From Nostoc punctiforme PCC 73102 (GTDB taxonomy: Bacteria > Cyanobacteriota > Cyanobacteriia > Cyanobacteriales > Nostocaceae): a DNA stretch of 32,000 nucleotides. The stretch is from NCBI RefSeq assembly GCF_000020025.1, contig NC_010628.1:7320001-7352000 (forward strand). Reading direction: 5' to 3'. The position numbers and the translations under genes were made by a program. Shown here in pieces: positions 24,960-32,000 of this stretch; within the stretch, counting starts at the first letter, position 1; each line of letters starts with the position of its first letter. The notes below the pieces were generated by a model, which had not been told where the DNA came from, ran no database searches, and saw nothing but the letters and a program-made list of their open reading frames with translations.

Positions 24960-25874
24960 TTAAACATCGTCATCAAAATCAGTCGAATTATCTGGCCCCT
25001 GATTTGGCTTTTCAATCGGGTTATACGGTACATAATCAGTTGGGATCGCCTCATCATCTTCGCGCGGTCTTCGAGAAGCTGAGTCTGTGGGTGGACGACG
25101 CCTTCTTGGTCTAGGAGCAACATCATCTTCCCGGCTTTCTGGACGTTGAGTACCGTTATTATTACGGCGAGAAGGTTTTCTGACTTCCCCTCCCGAACTT
25201 TCCCAATCATCAACTTGCCTAGATGAACCCCAATTTTCATCTTCAGAGGTTTCAGAAGGGCGATTCACAGGACGGCCAGAAGTCCGCCGCCGCGTTCTGT
25301 CAGTTGGAGCCTGTCTTTCATTACTGCTGCTGTTGCGGCGTTCCGAACGACGGGGTGGTTGCTCTTCGTAGTAGTTATCACGAGTGGAAATTTCATCCCT
25401 GCTACCCCGAATCCGGGCACGCACGGGGCGTTCCTCCTCGTCTTCATAAGGCAATGGATCTAAGTCTGCATCCATTTCAGCTTGATACTTTCTGCGATCG
25501 TTGTAGGAATAGCGATCGCTAACCGGTCGATCTTCGTCCACAATCGGAGTGTTACGCTTTGCTTGCTGGGTAGCTATACTCCGCAGGCGAATACTTTCAA
25601 CTGCAAAAAATACAGTTGTGCCAACTAAAAGCAGTTGACCAAATTGCAGAATCGGGTCTAGCCGCCATCCTTGAAACACGAGAATAAAGCCGCAGAGCAA
25701 ACCAACTGCCGCAAAAAAGATATCTTGATCCCGTGACAATTCTGGACGCACAGTGCGGAGAAAATACAGTGCTGCCCCAGCCACAGCCAGGAAAATTCCT
25801 AGAATACTGGCTGAATTTGCCCCAAAATTTACCTGAGCCAGAAAACTGGCTGAGTTCAGCCCAAAATTTATCAT
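24960..25874 (-). CDS. ycf66: Ycf66 family protein with a long disordered R/E/D/P-rich C-terminal tail
   Basis: The N-terminal ~100 aa are the membrane domain (NFGANSASILGIFLAVAGAALYFLR...WRLDPILQFGQLLL). The remaining ~200 aa are low complexity. Confidence 0.85.
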   Translation of the reverse strand: MINFGLNSASFLAQVNFGANSASILGIFLAVAGAALYFLRTVRPELSRDQDIFFAAVGLLCGFILVFQGWRLDPILQFGQLLLVGTTVFFAVESIRLRSIATQQAKRNTPIVDEDRPVSDRYSYNDRRKYQAEMDADLDPLPYEDEEERPVRARIRGSRDEISTRDNYYEEQPPRRSERRNSSSNERQAPTDRTRRRTSGRPVNRPSETSEDENWGSSRQVDDWESSGGEVRKPSRRNNNGTQRPESREDDVAPRPRRRRPPTDSASRRPREDDEAIPTDYVPYNPIEKPNQGPDNSTDFDDDV

Positions 25875-26092
25875 TGCTGTTTTCCCAATATCAAATCTAT
25901 GTTAACGAGTCACAATTAAAATCACTACTGTAATTAGGCACGATAAATATTGAAGCTTCAAAGCCTCTGGCAAAGAAGCTCTGAAGCTGTTCACCGAAAA
26001 ATAAAAAAGCCCTATGTCTGTTAGCTACAACTGCTTCTAGCCGCAAATACTGCTGCTTGTAGTGCAATTATAAATAGCTGACAGACAATCGG

Positions 26093-26119
26093 TTATGAGA
26101 GTTAAATTAACTCTCATAA
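26093..26119 (-). terminator. Perfect palindromic hairpin immediately downstream of psbX
   Basis: ttatgagagttaa-a-ttaactctcataa. It ends 3 nt from the psbX stop. There is no clear U-tract. Confidence 0.45.
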
Positions 26120-26122
26120 GCA

Positions 26123-26242
26123 TTATGAACGCTGAATTTTATCTTTTTGGCTAATGAAAATTAGACCAACTGTAACGGGTATTACAACAATTGCAGTACC
26201 CCATAGCAGGCTCCAAAGAAAATTTGCTAAAGAAGGCGTCAT
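26123..26242 (-). CDS. psbX: Photosystem II reaction centre protein X
   Basis: A 39-aa ORF below the ORF-track size cutoff: MTPSLANFLWSLLWGTAIVVIPVTVGLIFISQKDKIQRS. It has one TM helix and the ISQ.DK.QRS ending characteristic of PsbX. Confidence 0.85.
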   Translation of the reverse strand: MTPSLANFLWSLLWGTAIVVIPVTVGLIFISQKDKIQRS

Positions 26243-26503
26243 ACTTCTAAACCTTTTTTTACACACTTCATCCTAATTTTAATAGTGTATTACTTTCTTG
26301 AGAAGCCTCTAACTCGGAACTGCTAAACTTGGTAAATGCTGTGAGCGAGTTTACTTTTTTATTCCAGAAGAAAGTCACAGCATTTGGTTAAAATGATGAT
26401 GAGAGTGCTTTACAAAGCTTAAAGTTTTTGTGGCGTTAGCGAAGCGCGGCTTGCTGTTCGCCGAAGTTTTACTTTCTTTACAGATAGATAGTACCTTAAA
26501 CCG

Positions 26504-26797
26504 ATGACTGGTGTTGACCTGACTGCTTGGATTCTTGGCCCTGTATTAGGGGTGATGACATTTTTATTTATATTTCGGATCATTCTCACTTGGTATCCGC
26601 AAGTGAATCTGAATCGTCTGCCCTTTAACTTAATAGCTTGGCCTACCGAACCATTTTTAGTGCCATTGCGAAAACTGGTACAACCTATAGGCGGAGTGGA
26701 CATTACACCTATTATTTGGGTTGGTATCTTCAGCCTGCTACGAGAAATATTACTAGGTCAGCAAGGATTGCTGACTATGATATCTCGTGCGAATTAG
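26504..26797 (+). CDS. yggT: YggT/Ycf19 family membrane protein
   Basis: FRIILTWYPQ ... PTEPFLVPLRK ... GGVDITPI motifs. Confidence 0.9.
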   Translation: MTGVDLTAWILGPVLGVMTFLFIFRIILTWYPQVNLNRLPFNLIAWPTEPFLVPLRKLVQPIGGVDITPIIWVGIFSLLREILLGQQGLLTMISRAN

Positions 26798-26901
26798 GGA
26801 ATTGGGGATTGGGAATGGGGCATTTGGAATCGGAGAGAAGTAAAAATTACCTCTTTCCCCTCTGCTCCCCTCTCCCCGCCCTATAGCCAATCCCCAGTCC
26901 C
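26797..26901. repeat. STRR1-type heptamer arrays in inverted orientation filling the yggT-accC convergent spacer
   Basis: gggaattggggattgggaatggggcatttggaat ... ccaatccccagtccc. Confidence 0.65.
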
Positions 26902-28245
26902 TTACCCGTTCATCTCCTGGACAAAATTTGTATAGACATTACCCTGCAAAAATTGTGGAGTTTCCATGATTTTTTGATGAAACCCAATAGTGGTAGGCAG
27001 TCCAGTAATTGCACATTCCCGGAGTGCGCGTTTCATGCGGTTAATAGCAGTGGGTCGGTCTGGGGCCCAAACAATTAACTTGCCGATTAAGGAATCGTAG
27101 TAAGGCGGGATTTGGTAATCGGTGTAAACGTGAGAATCAATCCTAACACCAGGGCCTCCAGGGGGGAGATAGCCACTAATCCGTCCAGGAGAAGGGCGAA
27201 AGTCATGATCTGGGTCTTCAGCGTTGATTCGGCACTCAATTGAATGGCCCCGCAAAACTACTTGCTCTTGAGAAAGCTTGAGTCTTTCTCCTTGGGCAAT
27301 CCGAATTTGTTCAACAACTAAGTCTATTCCAGTAACCATCTCTGTTACAGGATGTTCTACTTGAATCCGGGTGTTCATTTCCATAAAGTAGAATTTACCG
27401 GATCTATCCAAGAGAAACTCGATAGTACCTGCCCCACTGTAATTAATGAATTGGGCAGCTTTGACAGCAGCTTGTCCCATTTTCTCACGCAGGTCTTCAT
27501 CAAGAGCCGGACTGGGGGATTCTTCTAGTAACTTTTGGTTTCGGCGCTGAATTGAGCAATCTCGTTCGCCCAAGTGGATGACATTACCGTAGTTATCCGC
27601 CAAAATTTGAAATTCGATGTGGCGGGGACGTTCAATAAATTTTTCGATGTAAACGCCAGAATTACCAAAAGCTGCTCCTGCTTCCCCTTGCGCTGCCAAG
27701 AAAAGTTTGACAAATTCATCTTCAGAACGGACTAGGCGCATACCTCGCCCACCGCCACCTGCTGTGGCTTTAATCATCACTGGATAGCCGATTTCCTTGG
27801 CAAATTTTAATCCTTCTTCCTCGGATTCTACTAACCCCTCACTACCTGGTACTGTCGGGACTCCAGCTTTTTGCATGGTTTCTTTGGCAGTGGATTTATC
27901 GCCCATCAGCTTGATAGCTTCTGGAGTTGGGCCGATAAAAGCAATATGATGGTCGGCACAGATTTCCGCAAACCGGGCATTTTCTGCCAAAAAGCCATAA
28001 CCTGGGTGAATAGCAGTCGCATTGCGCGTCAATGCGGCAGCAATAATATTGGGAATATTCAAATAACTTTTACTGCTAGCAGGTTCGCCAATGCAAACCG
28101 CTTCATCAGCAAGTTGGACGTGGAGAGCATTCCGGTCAACGGTGGAGTGAACCGCGACTGTCGCAATTCCCATTTCTTCACAGGCGCGGAGAATGCGAAG
28201 GGCGATTTCTCCCCGATTGGCAATTAATATTTTGTCAAACTTCAT
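26902..28245 (-). CDS. accC: Acetyl-CoA carboxylase biotin carboxylase subunit
   Basis: 447 aa. [18 protein letters not shown] start, ATP-grasp GGGGRGMR and [10 protein letters not shown] motifs. Confidence 0.97.
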   Translation of the reverse strand: MKFDKILIANRGEIALRILRACEEMGIATVAVHSTVDRNALHVQLADEAVCIGEPASSKSYLNIPNIIAAALTRNATAIHPGYGFLAENARFAEICADHHIAFIGPTPEAIKLMGDKSTAKETMQKAGVPTVPGSEGLVESEEEGLKFAKEIGYPVMIKATAGGGGRGMRLVRSEDEFVKLFLAAQGEAGAAFGNSGVYIEKFIERPRHIEFQILADNYGNVIHLGERDCSIQRRNQKLLEESPSPALDEDLREKMGQAAVKAAQFINYSGAGTIEFLLDRSGKFYFMEMNTRIQVEHPVTEMVTGIDLVVEQIRIAQGERLKLSQEQVVLRGHSIECRINAEDPDHDFRPSPGRISGYLPPGGPGVRIDSHVYTDYQIPPYYDSLIGKLIVWAPDRPTAINRMKRALRECAITGLPTTIGFHQKIMETPQFLQGNVYTNFVQEMNG

Positions 28246-28640
28246 TTTTTAGTTTCGATATCATTACCAGTAGATTCACATTTTCTCTGATCCAACTTGA
28301 AACGACGCTTCCGCATTATTTCAAATTATCACAGGAGATTCGCCACCCTGACTCTAAGCAAACTCGCATATTGCAGGCTTGCTGCTTCTAAGGGTTTTAC
28401 TACACTAACAACATTGCTGCTGTAAGTCTTGGCTAGCTTACCAAACTGGGTTTTTGCGATACGCCATCGCACCGTTTCTCCCACAGTCGCTCTACCCTTT
28501 TTAATATCACTTGTGCAGATGCCAAATTTCTGTCAGTCTGATACCGCCTTGAAGAAATTTATATTTTTGAGAAATATAACTTTAGATATCACCTTACTAT
28601 AATTATTTTCTTATGCTATAGTCTATCTTTAGACAAGCCG

Positions 28641-28723
28641 TGCGGATGTGGCGGAATTGGTATACGCGCACGCTTGAGGTGCGTGTGGGCTATGCCCTTG
28701 CGAGTTCGAGTCTCACCATCCGC
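28641..28723 (+). tRNA. tRNA-Leu (anticodon GAG), class II with a long variable arm
   Basis: Hand fold: acceptor GCGGATG/CATCCGC; D stem GCG/CGC; anticodon stem CACGC/GCGTG with loop TTGAGGT; variable stem GGGC/GCCC; T arm GCGAG-TTCGAGT-CTCAC (one C-A mismatch); discriminator A. CCA is not encoded. Confidence 0.85.
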
Positions 28724-28736
28724 ATATTTTGTTGAT

Positions 28737-28786
28737 TAGTCAAGGGTCAATAGTCAATGGTCAATAGACCTGAGACTGTTGACCCT
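28737..28786. repeat. GGTCAAT-type heptamer run with a closing inverted repeat
   Basis: agtcaagggtcaatagtcaatggtcaatag ... ttgaccctt. Confidence 0.6.
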
Positions 28787-28851
28787 TAAATCTTGGTATA
28801 GCTCTGGTTTTTTATGCTTTTATAGAGATACGTGAAGTTTTGTAAAAAGCA

Positions 28852-29475
28852 TTGAGTATTACTTTTACGCCGACAAACAACTTAACACAGCCAGCAGCTT
28901 GGCATCGCCTCACTCCGATTTGGCAAGGAGGGGAGGAAGTAATTCAAAAAAGTTTACCTCACACTCAGCTAGCACCTGCTTGGCAGCTCATGCTTTTGGG
29001 TGACGGCTCTCCAACACGTCACCTAGAATTGCTTACAGGCGAGCCTGTAGAAGTAGATGTCATTGATATGTCATTGATTGGCATGGATTTGGATGCCGCA
29101 CCTGATTTAATCCAAGCTGTTCCAGGGCCGCGACTACGGCGACAAGTGTGGCTGCGGACTGCTTCTGGTCAACGATTAGCTTATGCTACCTCGTGGTGGG
29201 AAGCCAGTCATGTAGATGAGTATTTGCAAAATCGTTCATTACCAATTTGGGCAAGTTTAGCTCGTCTCCGCACAGAGTTATATCGGGATGTTCGAGGGAT
29301 TTACTATGGTGACTCATCGGCGCTAGAGTCTGGTTTTGACGTAACTGGGCCTTTTTGGGGTCGCCACTACTTGTTTTGGCATCATGGACAGCCACTAACC
29401 TTAATTTATGAAGTTTTTTCGCCTTATTTAACTAAATATTTGGGAGCGATGCAATTGAATTCCCAAAATCGGTAA
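28852..29475 (+). CDS. Chorismate lyase-like (UbiC/DUF98 family) protein
   Basis: The LLGDGSPTRHLELLTGEPVEVDV ... RQVWL pattern is typical of cyanobacterial chorismate lyases. The start is uncertain: a TTG at 28852 follows directly after an in-frame stop. Confidence 0.65.
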   Translation: MSITFTPTNNLTQPAAWHRLTPIWQGGEEVIQKSLPHTQLAPAWQLMLLGDGSPTRHLELLTGEPVEVDVIDMSLIGMDLDAAPDLIQAVPGPRLRRQVWLRTASGQRLAYATSWWEASHVDEYLQNRSLPIWASLARLRTELYRDVRGIYYGDSSALESGFDVTGPFWGRHYLFWHHGQPLTLIYEVFSPYLTKYLGAMQLNSQNR

Positions 29476-29480
29476 AAAGC

Positions 29481-29560
29481 CATGATGTGGTGCGATGGCG
29501 TAGGCGATGTCTACGACGGGCTGCGCCTACGCTATCGAGCAAAACCAAGTAGCCGAAATT
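29481..29560. repeat. SDR copy A (direct repeat flanking the Uma2 gene)
   Basis: catgatgtggtgcgatggcgtaggcgatgtctacgacgggctgcgcctacgctatcgagcaa..tagccgaaatt. It contains the hairpin gtaggcg/cgcctac. Confidence 0.65.
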
Positions 29561-29704
29561 GTACAGTTAAACATCAAATAACATTGAATTATTGTTGCAG
29601 CGATCGCCTCTGATAGTAGTGCTGTTAAATTAGTGAGTTTTCGGTAATGATTTGCCGTTGTTAGTCCTACTGATGTTCACAAGAAAGGCATGAGGAAAGG
29701 TTTA

Positions 29705-30268
29705 ATGAATACTGTTGTGCTAAATCTAGAACCGATTGCTCATTTAAGCGATGAGCAATTTTATCAATTGTGTGTTGCCAATCGTGATTTAAGCCTGGAA
29801 ATGAATGCAGCCGGAGAATTAATAATTATGCCACCAGTCGGAGGAGAAACCGGGAATCAAGAAGCTGGACTGATCGCTGATTTAGAAATTTGGAATCGTC
29901 AAGCTAAATTAGGGAAAGTTTTTAGTTCTTCAACTATCTTTATACTTCCAAATGGTGCAAAACGTTCTCCTGATGCCGCTTGGATAAAATTGGAGCGATG
30001 GGAAGCTTTAACACCAGAACAACGAAAAAAATTCCCGCCACTTGTACCCGACTTTTTGATTGAACTGCGTTCGGAAACAGACCGGCTGTCACAGATTCAA
30101 GAGAAAATGCAGGAATATATCAAAAATGGTCTGCGTTTGGGTTGGCTGATTAATCCTCAAGATCGTCAAGTTGAAATTTACCGACTTTTGAAAGCTGTCG
30201 AAGTTGTGCAAATGCCGGCGATTGTTTCTGGAGAGGATATATTACCTGGATTTGAATTGCAATTATAG
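29705..30268 (+). CDS. Uma2 (DUF820) family endonuclease
   Basis: The restriction-endonuclease-like pattern is GELIIMPP ... PDAAW ... PDFLIELRSETD. Either MNTVV at 29705 or the upstream ATG at 29690 could be the start. Confidence 0.85.
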   Translation: MNTVVLNLEPIAHLSDEQFYQLCVANRDLSLEMNAAGELIIMPPVGGETGNQEAGLIADLEIWNRQAKLGKVFSSSTIFILPNGAKRSPDAAWIKLERWEALTPEQRKKFPPLVPDFLIELRSETDRLSQIQEKMQEYIKNGLRLGWLINPQDRQVEIYRLLKAVEVVQMPAIVSGEDILPGFELQL

Positions 30269-30291
30269 GTTGTCCCAAAAAATATTGCAGT

Positions 30292-30384
30292 CATTATGTG
30301 GTGCGATGGCGTATCCGCCCATCGTAGGCGATGTCTACGACGGGCTACGCCTACGCTACCGAGCAATGCCAAATAGCTGAAATT
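30292..30384. repeat. SDR copy B (direct repeat flanking the Uma2 gene)
   Basis: Same element as 29481-29560, with a 13-nt internal insertion (tccgcccatcgta) and a few substitutions. Confidence 0.65.
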
Positions 30385-30698
30385 CACTTGCAGCTTTGTC
30401 CAGTTAGTTATACTCTCTAATTGCTTGGAATCACAGATTTACTTGCGGAAATCTCCCGAATGAGGCATTAATCTTACCGAAACGTCCTACGAAATTCAAC
30501 AAACCGTGTTAAAAATGGTAACTGAATCAAAAACACGGCTTTTGAAAGACTAGGGAAGATTGATTACGGAAGTATCATCAACATTTAGGGTGGAAAATTT
30601 AATGTAATTAGCTGTCCTAAAGAATGGTTAAACCAGTTGGTGTACTTAACTAATCAAGCAAGTAATAATAAGTTTGCAAGTATAAGGTATAGGTTTCG

Positions 30699-32000
30699 AT
30701 GGCACCGCCTCTTGTGTCTGTTCCAATGAAGAAAAATAAGAAACCCTCTCTGGTGCTGACGCTCTCGGCTGCTGGGCTATTAATTGGTGCAGGGAGTGTT
30801 GCATACTGGTTGTTAAGCCAGAGACAAATATCTTCTGGCGATTTGCTCGTAGGTGCAAATATTATTCCTGGTGATGCACTGTTTGCGGTTTCTCTGACAA
30901 CAGATCCCCAGCAGTGGCAGAAATTGCGGGAGTTTGGGACAAAAGAAACCCAAGCAGAACTAGACAGAAATTTAGTAGAATTGCGCGATCGCTTTCTCAC
31001 TAATAATGGTTATGACTTCCAGAAAGATATCGCCCCTTGGGTAGGCAATGACGTTACAATCGCAATTCTTGCCCCAGCGACAGCAAGCAAAGCTGTACCC
31101 AAACCAGTTACCACTAATGAAGATGCTGCCAGCGATCAGCAGTCGATGGTAATGGTATTACCAGTAAAAAATCCAGAAATCGCCAAAAACATTTTGGCAC
31201 AACCCAAAACCCTTAAACAAGGTAAATGGATTGACCGTATTTATCAAGGGATCGCCATCAAACAAAGTGAAGGGCAAACAGGGGAAAACTTATCAGCAGC
31301 ATTAATAGATGGGCGTTTTTTAGTCATAACTGATAGTCCCAAAGCCACAGAACGAGCGATCGATGCCTACAAAAATCAAACATCCCTGGCGACAACAGGG
31401 GGCTTTGCTGAGAATTTTCCGAAAATTTCCAATTATCAACGCTTTGGCCAGTTTTACGTCAATGTGCCAACAGCAGCTAAAATAGCCGCAGCTTCTCCAA
31501 ACCGGCCTTTACCCGCTCAAGTTTTAGCTCAACTGCAAAATAACCAAGGTTTAGCAGGGACAATGACTTTAGAGGCAGAAGGAATCCGCTTCAAGGGCGT
31601 TTCTTGGCTAAATCCTAATAGTCAACGCGTGCTGGCGGTGGAAAATAAAGCTGGGAAAATGCAAAGTCGCGTACCAGCAGAAACCTTAATGATGCTTTCG
31701 GGAGGAAACTTACAGAGGTTGTGGGGAGATTACGTTTTAACATCTCAAGGAAATCCCCTCTCACCGATCGCACCAGAACAACTCAAAGGTGGGATAAAAT
31801 CTCTTACCACTCTAGATTTAGATAAGGATTTGCTCAGTTGGATGAAAGGCGAGTTTTCCTTATCAGTGATTCCTAATACTCCCAAAGAAGGTTCACCAAA
31901 TGATTTTCGTGCGGGTTTGGTGTTCATGGTACAGGCCAGCAATGCCTACGGCGGGCAAAGCCTACGCAATTCAGCCGAAGCATCCATAAAACAATTGGAT
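30699..32000 (+). CDS. DUF3352-like membrane-anchored protein (3' end outside the window)
   Basis: This frame is open from 30699 to the window end (434 codons, checked by hand) and is absent from the ORF track. The N-terminus MKKNKKPSLVLTLSAAGLLIGAGSVAYWLL forms a TM anchor. An alternative start is at 30726. The family call is from memory and is tentative. Confidence 0.7.
   Translation, partial: MAPPLVSVPMKKNKKPSLVLTLSAAGLLIGAGSVAYWLLSQRQISSGDLLVGANIIPGDALFAVSLTTDPQQWQKLREFGTKETQAELDRNLVELRDRFLTNNGYDFQKDIAPWVGNDVTIAILAPATASKAVPKPVTTNEDAASDQQSMVMVLPVKNPEIAKNILAQPKTLKQGKWIDRIYQGIAIKQSEGQTGENLSAALIDGRFLVITDSPKATERAIDAYKNQTSLATTGGFAENFPKISNYQRFGQFYVNVPTAAKIAAASPNRPLPAQVLAQLQNNQGLAGTMTLEAEGIRFKGVSWLNPNSQRVLAVENKAGKMQSRVPAETLMMLSGGNLQRLWGDYVLTSQGNPLSPIAPEQLKGGIKSLTTLDLDKDLLSWMKGEFSLSVIPNTPKEGSPNDFRAGLVFMVQASNAYGGQSLRNSAEASIKQLD

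Noticed and set aside
24914-25522. Alternative-frame ORFs (24914-25240, 25223-25522, 25265-25447) overlapping the ycf66 tail.
   Set aside because: They arise from the low-complexity R/E/D/P-rich coding region of ycf66. The frame with the Ycf66 membrane domain explains the sequence.
28568-28604. TTGAGA ... TATAAT promoter for tRNA-Leu.
   Set aside because: The -10 hexamer is perfect, but the spacing to the putative -35 is 25 nt, which is far from the optimum of about 17 nt. Only the -10 might be real.
28641-29475. tRNA-Leu as an integration hotspot with an island downstream.
   Set aside because: There is no integrase and no duplicated copy of the tRNA 3' end downstream. The next gene is a conserved chorismate lyase.
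30178-30387. 69-aa minus-strand ORF from the track.
   Set aside because: It runs through SDR copy B and the 3' end of the Uma2 gene. It is a repeat-generated artefact.
30650-31000. 116-aa and 70-aa minus-strand ORFs from the track.
   Set aside because: They are antisense to a 434-codon open frame (the DUF3352-like protein) that has a clear TM anchor and continues to the window end.

Overview
This is a chromosomal segment from a cyanobacterium, most likely a filamentous Nostocales type. The evidence is: at least two dozen copies of the HIP1 palindrome GCGATCGC; heptamer STRR arrays (GGGGAAT/CCCCAAT, TTAGTCA/GGTCAAT) in many spacers; and the photosynthetic marker genes psbX, ycf66 and ycf19/yggT. 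I call about 31 protein genes and one tRNA. Most are housekeeping or conserved cyanobacterial genes: queF, pip, pgk, ssb, sdhB, accC, psbX, ycf66, yggT, a chorismate lyase, two NUDIX hydrolases, Usp, an RsmB-like methyltransferase, a MalK-like ABC ATPase, an FAD monooxygenase and cyAbrB. I found no intact mobile element, CRISPR array, rRNA or recognisable defence island, so I read this as a largely ordinary core region littered with small repeats and two mobile-element fossils. The observations most worth a second look are: (1) an ~80-codon frameshifted fossil of a Tn7-like (CAST-family-like) TnsB transposase next to queF; (2) a decayed group II intron reverse-transcriptase fragment just after the ssb terminator, with an ssb ORF that reads 35 codons past its DDIPF tip; (3) in-frame insertions in the ABC ATPase whose DNA resembles the small dispersed repeats in nearby spacers; (4) a Uma2 endonuclease gene bracketed by ~80-93 nt direct repeats; (5) an RGSGR (PatS/HetN-type) pentapeptide inside the GDYXXLXY protein of a DUF2157-GDYXXLXY pair; (6) two tandem three-blade TolB-like lipoproteins; (7) a 1.4 kb ORF-free region between cyAbrB and sdhB. 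All family assignments are from motif recognition by eye. No searches were run.
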